Shown here: in pieces, positions 56,886 to 64,000 of the stretch
Layout: every line of letters starts with the position of its first letter
Position numbering within the stretch: position 1 is the stretch's first letter
Source: a virus
Strand: one strand, 5' to 3'
Virus record (IMG/VR): IMGVR_UViG_3300017925_000001
Location: 32,001-96,000 of that record
Length of the DNA stretch: 64,000 nt
The notes under the pieces: model-generated
What the model was told of the DNA's origin: nothing
Seen by the model: the letters and a program-made list of their open reading frames with translations, nothing else
Databases searched by the model: none
Program-made: the position numbers and the translations under genes

Positions 56886-58921
56886 ATTGTGATTGCCTCC
56901 TCCGTTGTGATTTTGGGTGCAGCCACATCTTCTGTGGGGATAACCTTGACACTGCCTCCTCCTTCAAGGGGTATCACCTTGTTATATTCTACGTTCTGCT
57001 TCATGCCAGCCTTCTGCTCGTTGGGGATCGAGCGTACTTGACTACGTGCGCCGTCAAACAATAACTTAGTAGTGCCCCCAGCTGAATACCGAGAAAGACC
57101 CACAGTTATTTTAGTGATAGGGTCGAATGACTCTAAGGATTCTGTAAAACCTTCCTGCTCAGTTTCCCATTCACTCTTTTTTAGTTCCCCAACAACTCTA
57201 CGCCACATAGTGATCATACCATCACAATCCTTAGCCACTTGTGATGATCCATCAACATCATTCGTAGATATGGTTGCCCCCTTTTCAATGCGTTTGGGCT
57301 GCAGAATGCGAATCATTTTTATGTTGTAGTCTTTGGTCAACTTAGCAAGCCCTTTACTGATCTGAGACAGCTGCACCGTACGATGACCTTGGTTCTTCAA
57401 AGTGTCGTCACAAAGGCGTTGTAGATTGTCAAACATGATCCACTCAACACCATAGCGTCGAATGCAATCTCGCATCAGTTTGAAAATATCCTCAGGTTCA
57501 CTTACGAGCTGAGGGTATGCGAAGTACAAATCTGCTGCACGCTCTTGTTGAATAGAACGTGCAGTTACGCACGCCGCTTTCAATTCTGCTAATTTTTGTT
57601 TGGCCGGTTCAGTACCGGGCTCAGTCATGACATCTTCAAATCCCGTTACCAATGAAACCCACTTCTTAGCAAGGCGGGCCTGAGTCATTTCCAAGCAGAC
57701 CAGAAGTCCATTCTCACCATACTGAGACACCATATGGTCAAGAATGTTAAGGCCAAAGGTTGTCTTCCCCACTTTTTCTGGGGCAACAATATCTAGCACA
57801 TCTCCTTTCTCCATACCAATCAGCTTGTTCAACTCTGGCCAGGGAAAAACGTACGTAGGTGCAAGATCTGTCTTCCCGTTGAGTTCGTTCTCCAACTGCG
57901 TGAGCGCATCTACGGAGGATGTGACGCCTGTGATATCGAACAAGCTTGCCTGTTTCTTTAGCTCTTCAAACTTCTCTAACGTCCCTTCCCCATAGCGGAA
58001 CCAGTCGTTGATGTCTTTTCCAGGCCGCGTTACGCTGTCCACAGTTACGTTGAATAGAGGCAGAGTAATCTTGTAGCATTTCTCAATACCAATGCGTGAT
58101 GCTAATTCCTGTGCTCCCTTCCTTCCTGCTTTGTCCGCATCGTACAAGATGTAGATCTTCTTAGGCGCAACCTTATCAAGAGCGTCTATCCACAAAGCTT
58201 TCTTGACATTTGCTCCGGGTACCCCAACTACGTATGAGACACCGTGTGAGAGACAGCTGAGGGCGTCCGCTTCCCCTTCAACAAAGAGTACTTCGTTGAT
58301 TCCTTCAACAAGGATTTCACCGTTGTAGAGAGGGGCTTCCCAACCAGATGGTGTAATAAAATCCTTTGGCTTTGGAGGGAGTGTGCGGTACTTTGCAAAC
58401 ACGATATTACCACCGACGAGATAGGGAATGACGAGCGCCTTGCTTTCTCCTGCTTCATGAAACCAAATTTTCTCCTTTAGACCAAGTTTTTGTTGGTCTA
58501 TAATCTCTCTCGTGAAGCCTCTCACGTTCAAAAGGTAGTCCATGGCCTCGGGGTCACCCAACAGAGCCTGATGACAAGCTTCAGTATCCGGTAATGCGTC
58601 TGGTTTATGCTCTCCGTTACCTGCCCACTCTTTTCTACTATCTACTCCCGGTATCCGTAGACCTAAATGCTCGGCTAAGGTCCTTAAATTCCCTTGTCGA
58701 TCACAAGAGCTGTGGAAACACTTATGTAAACCATCGCGTGTATTGCGTGGGTCGTTAGGGTCCCCTGTGCCCATGAAGAATTTGAAGTCCGATTTTTTAC
58801 AGTAGGGACAAATTTCAATTTGTATTTGATCTCCAGAACCAGTACGCCAATTCCATCCCTGTGCAGTTACAAATTGAACAGCTCGGCTGTGTTGCAAGTT
58901 CTCGGGTATAGTTTGAGTCAT
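56882..58921 (-). CDS. Primase-helicase (T7 gp4/Twinkle-like)
   Basis: CPYC..C..C zinc domain; TOPRIM EGE.DA and D.D.AG; Walker A APEKVGKT; FDNL; GS....DCD. Confidence 0.92.
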   Translation of the reverse strand: MTQTIPENLQHSRAVQFVTAQGWNWRTGSGDQIQIEICPYCKKSDFKFFMGTGDPNDPRNTRDGLHKCFHSSCDRQGNLRTLAEHLGLRIPGVDSRKEWAGNGEHKPDALPDTEACHQALLGDPEAMDYLLNVRGFTREIIDQQKLGLKEKIWFHEAGESKALVIPYLVGGNIVFAKYRTLPPKPKDFITPSGWEAPLYNGEILVEGINEVLFVEGEADALSCLSHGVSYVVGVPGANVKKALWIDALDKVAPKKIYILYDADKAGRKGAQELASRIGIEKCYKITLPLFNVTVDSVTRPGKDINDWFRYGEGTLEKFEELKKQASLFDITGVTSSVDALTQLENELNGKTDLAPTYVFPWPELNKLIGMEKGDVLDIVAPEKVGKTTFGLNILDHMVSQYGENGLLVCLEMTQARLAKKWVSLVTGFEDVMTEPGTEPAKQKLAELKAACVTARSIQQERAADLYFAYPQLVSEPEDIFKLMRDCIRRYGVEWIMFDNLQRLCDDTLKNQGHRTVQLSQISKGLAKLTKDYNIKMIRILQPKRIEKGATISTNDVDGSSQVAKDCDGMITMWRRVVGELKKSEWETEQEGFTESLESFDPITKITVGLSRYSAGGTTKLLFDGARSQVRSIPNEQKAGMKQNVEYNKVIPLEGGGSVKVIPTEDVAAPKITTEEAITI

Positions 58922-58928
58922 GCTCCTC

Positions 58929-59240
58929 CTACTGAACTGCTGGGCTGCACTGGGCTTGAAAGAGTGCCCTACCCAACGGGGTCACCGTATACACTCGCCA
59001 GATGCGCCCTGTCTGAATATTCTGCTCTTCGACTTTTTCCTTGTTCTCCTCAGTGATCTCTTTGACCAACTTGAGTACGATCAAGGCTTCAACATCAGCT
59101 GCAGCCTCGATGGTCTTGCAAGCTATGCCGAAGTCATCCGTTGGGAGTACGTTGCATTGGCAGAACACATTCATCTCAATATCTTGGCAGGCCCCCACGA
59201 TGAGATTCAGTTGTCGCTCGGTGAGCTCTGGGATCTCCAC
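58929..59240 (-). CDS. Hypothetical protein (wHTH-like C-terminus)
   Basis: GGAGG RBS, GTG start; Y.VT.LGR. Confidence 0.55.
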   Translation of the reverse strand: MEIPELTERQLNLIVGACQDIEMNVFCQCNVLPTDDFGIACKTIEAAADVEALIVLKLVKEITEENKEKVEEQNIQTGRIWRVYTVTPLGRALFQAQCSPAVQ

Positions 59241-59360
59241 GTTTCCTCCTCGTCTTTTAATCTGTATACAGGAAACACTTCATTACCTCCATTTGCAGCC
59301 AGAATAGCGTCAGCTTCTTTGGTGTAGAGCACTTCATTGAATACATCCCACCACCCAAAT

Positions 59361-59963
59361 CTAGTAATTTCCATAATCTCCTTTCACAAATACGTGCAGG
59401 CATGCCTTCTCTTCTATGACAAGGACGCGTCCGATTGCTCGGTAATACATCAGCTTGATCACTAACCAACGGTACTGTGCTTTGGTCAAATGCTTGGAGA
59501 AATCTACTGTCGTGCCACGAAGGTGACTACTAGCCCTAGGCCCATCCCAAGGTGCGGCAGAGTGGTTCCAACGTATGAGCCTACGCTGTACGTTAGCAGG
59601 ACGTATCGCGCTGTCGATCAGTAGATACATTCTAAACTGGGCATAGAATTCTTGAGACAATTGCTCCACAAAGCTTACTGTGGCAGGCAGGGCGTACCTG
59701 CGTTCCACAGGCAACTTCGGGGATACTCGATAGTAATTGTGATCATACAAAGCTGAGAGTTTTCCTGCATATACAGCCTCGTCTACCTGCTCTTGCGTAA
59801 AATACCTAGGGGCACCCATGGCATCCCCAGCTTGATTCTCCAAAAGCACAGAATCTTGGGTGGCCGGAAAATTTTTGCACCACACGGACGGTCCCCTATG
59901 GGCCCTAGCGCTGGCCTGAGTACAAAGGAGGGCAATGCTCAGCGCTAGGGTCCTTATCCACAT
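59361..59963 (-). CDS. Exported DUF5715/M15-like zinc peptidase (peptidoglycan hydrolase candidate)
   Basis: Signal peptide; SA.RP..Q..L..N..AA; SSH..G..VD; E..C.HV. Confidence 0.7.
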   Translation of the reverse strand: MWIRTLALSIALLCTQASARAHRGPSVWCKNFPATQDSVLLENQAGDAMGAPRYFTQEQVDEAVYAGKLSALYDHNYYRVSPKLPVERRYALPATVSFVEQLSQEFYAQFRMYLLIDSAIRPANVQRRLIRWNHSAAPWDGPRASSHLRGTTVDFSKHLTKAQYRWLVIKLMYYRAIGRVLVIEEKACLHVFVKGDYGNY

Positions 59964-59964
59964 G

Positions 59965-60183
59965 TCAATCTCCTTTCACGGATTCAATATCGAATGAATT
60001 GATTGTATCTGCAGTGCCGTCTGCCCATTTTCCAGTAAGTTTGCGAGACCACTCGGGAGCGGGATTACAACCGGAACCCCCTGTGATGCGGAAAGTGCGT
60101 TCCTTGACACTGTATTTCTTTCCACTCAGGGGGTTCCTAACGATCACAGTCTTGCCTTTCAAGTCTATCCCTAGGTCATTCAT
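59965..60183 (-). CDS. Hypothetical protein
   Basis: MNDLGIDLKGK..., ~72 aa. Confidence 0.5.
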   Translation of the reverse strand: MNDLGIDLKGKTVIVRNPLSGKKYSVKERTFRITGGSGCNPAPEWSRKLTGKWADGTADTINSFDIESVKGD

Positions 60184-60466
60184 ACGTGAACACCAACTTG
60201 CCATCAGCACCACCCCCGGTACCTACGAAATTCCCGGGGGCGCACGCAATGTAAAGTTTGTAGTTATGTACTGCTGAGTGACAGTCTACGCATAGGGCAC
60301 AGAGGTTGTAAGAAGCGTCTTCACCAAGTTCAGAGCGGTAAATAATATGGTGAACGGAAAGGTTGTTTCTGAGACGGCATCGTGGATTGCGACATTTATA
60401 ACCATCTCTTTCCAACACTTGTTTACAGAGTTTCTTGTACTCTTCCTGTTCTATACGGAGGCTCAT
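60176..60466 (-). CDS. Small HNH endonuclease
   Basis: VLERDGY.C...C...L.VHHI..RS.LG.D...NL..LC..CH...H. Confidence 0.85.
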   Translation of the reverse strand: MSLRIEQEEYKKLCKQVLERDGYKCRNPRCRLRNNLSVHHIIYRSELGEDASYNLCALCVDCHSAVHNYKLYIACAPGNFVGTGGGADGKLVFTYE

Positions 60467-60469
60467 AGG

Positions 60470-61213
60470 CTACTTCTCATATTTACAGAATGTAACTTCC
60501 CAATTTTGAGTTACACAAGTTTTCTTGATAACTACTTTCTTCTTAGGCGCTGCTTTGTGTATTTTTACTGCTGTCTTTTCAGGTGGTGAGATGATTGTGA
60601 CAGGAACCACAACACTAATAGGAGTAGCCAATGTAGGTGCCGGGGTATCTTCGATTGCAGGGGCAGCTATGGGTTCTGGTTTAGGTCCCATGCAGTCCTC
60701 CATTGTAACACCGGCCTTCTTCGCCTTTTTGGTAGCGATCAGGATCTTACATGAGGCAATTGTCTGTGGGCCAGAGAAAGCCCGTGCTAATTCTCTATCA
60801 TCGCAGCCTGAATCGACCTTGCCGCCACCGAATGCGCCTCCAACCATTCCCATCTGCAGCGCCCCACCAGCACCCTTAAAACAAGGCACCGTAGGCAATA
60901 CGGGAGGAGCCACAGCTGTGGACACTGGAATCTTAGGGGCTGCTACATACGTACTGTTGCTCACCGAAGAGTTTCCTGATCCTTTAACAGAACTGTTTCC
61001 ACCAGTAGCATTAGATGTGGAGGATGCGGAGCCTCCATTTGCGGTCTGCGTTTGCCCTTGCTTCTGGTTTTGTGCTTGATTCTGAGACTGCGTGTTAGTA
61101 ACCGTCGTGGGCGGATCTACTGGTGGGGATGGCTTAGGAGGTGTGGGCGGATCACAGGCCCAAATCAGTGTGGAAGTGAGCAGGATAGCTACCATTGTGC
61201 GAAGCAAGTTCAT
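60470..61213 (-). CDS. Exported protein, possible lipoprotein
   Basis: Signal peptide ending IWA-C; Pro/Gln/Ser low-complexity linker; Cys-containing core. Confidence 0.6.
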   Translation of the reverse strand: MNLLRTMVAILLTSTLIWACDPPTPPKPSPPVDPPTTVTNTQSQNQAQNQKQGQTQTANGGSASSTSNATGGNSSVKGSGNSSVSNSTYVAAPKIPVSTAVAPPVLPTVPCFKGAGGALQMGMVGGAFGGGKVDSGCDDRELARAFSGPQTIASCKILIATKKAKKAGVTMEDCMGPKPEPIAAPAIEDTPAPTLATPISVVVPVTIISPPEKTAVKIHKAAPKKKVVIKKTCVTQNWEVTFCKYEK

Positions 61214-61455
61214 TGATTCTCCTTTGTTATGTGCTCTGCTGAAACATGTGCTCGTAGACCTGTATTTGTAACTTCATGGAGCTTAGGTAAAAGAGCGTCA
61301 TTCTTCTCTACAGACGCTTTTAACTCTTCTTCCCGTTCTGCATTTGCTGCGGTATTCGTAGCAGGACCGTACTTGTTGTGATTCTTGTAGCGTCCGAAGT
61401 GCGTACTATGCTTTTTTTGGAATATCCATTCCAGAGGTTTCTTCTCCTCGAACAT
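61210..61455 (-). CDS. Hypothetical protein
   Basis: 81 aa with RBS. Confidence 0.5.
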   Translation of the reverse strand: MFEEKKPLEWIFQKKHSTHFGRYKNHNKYGPATNTAANAEREEELKASVEKNDALLPKLHEVTNTGLRAHVSAEHITKENQ

Positions 61456-61612
61456 TACCTTCCTCCTTTAATCTCATACCAGCCTTGAGGGCTGTCTCCG
61501 TTAAAAGCTCAGCCCGCGCAAGAATGTGAGGCCCATACATGTGATTAGAAAAGAATTGCTGCCTCAAGTCCAAGGTCATGTCTTCTATGCGCTCCTCAAT
61601 ACTCTTCATCAA
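61406..61612 (-). CDS. Hypothetical protein
   Basis: 68 aa, overlap-coupled. Confidence 0.45.
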   Translation of the reverse strand: MMKSIEERIEDMTLDLRQQFFSNHMYGPHILARAELLTETALKAGMRLKEEGNVRGEETSGMDIPKKA

Positions 61613-62580
61613 AAGATCCTATCAATGATTTCTACGAGATAGGCAGCATCAACCTTCTCAGGATCTTTCTCCTTCAAACGATCCAGAAGTTGAATAAAAT
61701 AAGCTGTGTCCACGCCAGTCAATTGATCTTCCAGCACAGAAATGTTTGTTAGATCAAGTTTGCTGATCTGCATAGCCATCTTCAGGATCTGTCCTGCATT
61801 GACTCGCCATCCACGCTCAATGAATTTTCTCAAACGTACGACTGAGCATATGGGGTATTTGCTGCCTATATAACGTAGTTCTTTGGAGAGTAAGGCCTCC
61901 AAGGCTCTAGGCCGTAGAACAAGGTTGTTATCCCAGCTCGACCAAAAGTTGGTGCAGTGTACGAAGTCGTAATTGCCATGGATCTCATCAGGCTCTCCAT
62001 AGAAGCGAAGGATGATTTGAATTTTTCCACTCAGCGTAATGGCATTGCTTGTTAAAAACCTCGGAATATACTTCTCATTTTTTTCTTCTTGGCTAAGTAC
62101 TGTCTGCTCAATTTCTTGATAAGTGTCTTCTATTTGAGCAGGATCATTAAGCACTTCACCAACATATACAGCAGCGCTTTCATCGGGTTGTCCTTCGAAA
62201 TACTGATAAGGCTTTTCTGTGCCCTCTTTACTTGCTATGCCTGCTGATTTAACTACAATTTTCACACGCACGCCATCGTCATACACCTTCATTGGTGTAG
62301 GTATTCCTTTGCTCTTGTGGTGTTGCTCAAATTTACTCAGGTAATACTCGGCTACAGACTTGGCTAGGTCATGATTGCGAAGATAGACATCGAAATCATT
62401 GACCTCTTCACCAAGTAGCATGGAAGCAATGGAACCTCCAGTGACAATCACCCCTGTCTTGAGCTTTTCTCGTAGCGTTAGGTCTTCAACACTGTCCAAC
62501 CAGAGATTGATCTTACGATGGATGCGACCTTTGATACTCTTCGCTTTCATCCCGTGCTTTACTGCTGGCACTTCATTCAT
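61609..62580 (-). CDS. Pol-beta superfamily nucleotidyltransferase-like phage protein
   Basis: GGSIAS.L.GE.VNDFDVY (GG/S...DxD); YDF.H; R..KF..RGW. Confidence 0.7.
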   Translation of the reverse strand: MNEVPAVKHGMKAKSIKGRIHRKINLWLDSVEDLTLREKLKTGVIVTGGSIASMLLGEEVNDFDVYLRNHDLAKSVAEYYLSKFEQHHKSKGIPTPMKVYDDGVRVKIVVKSAGIASKEGTEKPYQYFEGQPDESAAVYVGEVLNDPAQIEDTYQEIEQTVLSQEEKNEKYIPRFLTSNAITLSGKIQIILRFYGEPDEIHGNYDFVHCTNFWSSWDNNLVLRPRALEALLSKELRYIGSKYPICSVVRLRKFIERGWRVNAGQILKMAMQISKLDLTNISVLEDQLTGVDTAYFIQLLDRLKEKDPEKVDAAYLVEIIDRIF

Positions 62581-62804
62581 TTGCTCTCCTCCTTGGGTGT
62601 AACTAGGATCTTCTCTGTGGCCGCGACTAATGCAGCGCTGCCCATCGCTTTGTCAAGGTCGGTAGTCTTCGCCAAGGCTGCTCTGACTTCCTTGGCAGTA
62701 CCTAGCTTTCCCAGGCGTAGGGCATGCGGGTAATTGATCCTGAAACCTATGGACGAGAAACAACCTGCAATCTCATCCAGCTCTTCCGGTGTTGGTGTTC
62801 TCAT
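62577..62804 (-). CDS. Hypothetical protein
   Basis: 75 aa, GGAGG RBS. Confidence 0.5.
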   Translation of the reverse strand: MRTPTPEELDEIAGCFSSIGFRINYPHALRLGKLGTAKEVRAALAKTTDLDKAMGSAALVAATEKILVTPKEESK

Positions 62805-63526
62805 ATCTTGTCCTCCGTGGGGATCTCGATTTGTGCGTGGCTTTCATCCGTTTCTTCCAAGAAGTTCCTGGGGTCTGCATTCCACTCAGCGCAGAGTGTT
62901 TCGATGACTTTGCCATCGGAGTAATCGACTGCTGCGCCTGTTCCATCCCGGCCTGCACTGCCCAGCTTCATGCGCACAGATTCATAGCAACGCGTGATGA
63001 CGTTCTCCCAGGCTGATAGGGTCACTTTGTAGTTGCGCAGAACCATGGCGTTCTCGCCGGTTTGTCCTTTGAGTCTCGCAACTTCAGCTTCTACTTCCAA
63101 GGCAGAAAGTTCAGGGGCTTCTGCCACAAGGTTTGTGATGAGTTCTACCATGGGTGTGTGCGTTTTCTCTATGGCATTGAAGAAATTTTCCTCGGGATTC
63201 AGGGTAGTGATTTGGCGCAACTTAGTGACCCCCGCAGGCTCGTAATCAGAGCGTTTGATACCACAAGTGTTCATCACTCGAACAATTCGGCTCAAATACT
63301 CGGCTTTTCTGACTTTCAACCCAAGCTCTTGTTCTGCGTAGTCTGCAAATTTCTCAAAGTTCCACTTGAGGTAAAGTCTGCTCTCATGGACGTGGAACAA
63401 GAGTTCAGCGACATCAAAGGTGTGGACATTGATGTCCGTGGTCAAGCGCAGCAAATCCCGGCGTATTGAGGCTTCTTGGCCTGCTACTTGCTCCCCATGG
63501 ATTGCTGGTACGTTCAGTGGGTCCAT
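62801..63526 (-). CDS. Hypothetical helical protein (possibly DNA-binding)
   Basis: LY..W.F..F.DY.E.ELG...RKA.YL. Confidence 0.6.
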   Translation of the reverse strand: MDPLNVPAIHGEQVAGQEASIRRDLLRLTTDINVHTFDVAELLFHVHESRLYLKWNFEKFADYAEQELGLKVRKAEYLSRIVRVMNTCGIKRSDYEPAGVTKLRQITTLNPEENFFNAIEKTHTPMVELITNLVAEAPELSALEVEAEVARLKGQTGENAMVLRNYKVTLSAWENVITRCYESVRMKLGSAGRDGTGAAVDYSDGKVIETLCAEWNADPRNFLEETDESHAQIEIPTEDKI

Positions 63527-63535
63527 ACATCTCCT

Positions 63536-64000
63536 TTAGAGGCGAGCGAAGTTGCAATGAGCGAACTCACCGAAATGCTGCACAGCAGCCATATCATATG
63601 CACAAGCCGCTTCGAGCGGATCTGTGAAGTATCCAAGATGAAACCTTCCGTTGTTTACGTGGATATATGCACGCCACTTTTCTCTATCTTTATTCCATGA
63701 AACACCTTTGAAACCGGAAGTGTTGGCCCGCGTTAAAAGCGCGTTACTTGCATTTTGCTGAGGCGTAGATACTCGCAAGTTGTACTTTTGACAATTCAGA
63801 CCATCGTGATCCTCATGGTCAACTTGTATCGCAGGATCAGTGACATTCATAATGAAGCGGTGTAAGGATTGGCTTTTAGTTTTACCTTCCACACGCCAAC
63901 CTCGTTGAGCGTATACACCTACGATAACTTCATTGCGAAATTTTTCTTTTGCACACCACTCACGGCGGGCTACACGCTCGTAATCTGAGTCGTCTACTAA
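63536..64000 (-). CDS. HNH-AP2 homing endonuclease (N-terminus beyond window)
   Basis: LHRFIM..VDH.D.DGLN..K.NLR..T..QN; NTSGFKGV..W.A.I...LG.F...EAA.AYD.AA...FGEFA. Confidence 0.9.
   Translation of the reverse strand, partial: LVDDSDYERVARREWCAKEKFRNEVIVGVYAQRGWRVEGKTKSQSLHRFIMNVTDPAIQVDHEDHDGLNCQKYNLRVSTPQQNASNALLTRANTSGFKGVSWNKDREKWRAYIHVNNGRFHLGYFTDPLEAACAYDMAAVQHFGEFAHCNFARL

Noticed and set aside
1-64000. Alternative genetic code, tRNA genes, integrase, DGR or retron
   Set aside because: Genes are full length under code 11 using all three stops. No tRNA cloverleaf, recombinase or reverse transcriptase motifs were seen.

Overview
This is a 64-kb segment of a tailed dsDNA phage genome, probably podovirus-like: it has a nozzle/adaptor and ejection-type proteins, but no tape measure, tube or sheath is visible. 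Portal, terminase and capsid probably lie upstream of the window. The + strand arm (1-47.2 kb) holds morphogenesis genes: adaptor, many fibre/appendage proteins, a 1.68-kaa nozzle-like protein and ejection proteins. Interleaved with these are a signal-peptide RHS/YD-repeat toxin, a glycosylation cluster (several GTs, RmlD, a glycosidase-like protein and a TPR protein) next to a Thr-rich collagen-like protein, and free-standing homing endonuclease genes (HEGs). A strong terminator at ~47.24-47.29 kb separates this arm from a convergent - strand arm with primase-helicase, RecA, resolvase, ClpB-like AAA+, nucleotide-pool enzymes and peptidoglycan hydrolases. Highlights: (1) a recurrent ~80-nt two-hairpin/H-type pseudoknot leader whose loop covaries with, and pairs onto or next to, the Shine-Dalgarno of the next gene; it precedes four HEGs of different families, and orphan or decayed copies also occur; (2) an ORF-less group IA intron that splits the 5' end of the nozzle gene and is missed by the ORF track; (3) a probable virion glycosylation system; (4) a phage-borne RHS toxin with no evident immunity gene; (5) a RecA lacking the catalytic Glu96 but with an extra Asp after Walker B; (6) two genes that appear to need non-canonical start codons (ATC, ACG). 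An Acidobacteriota-like host is a weak inference only. All family calls come from recognising motifs by eye, with no database search.
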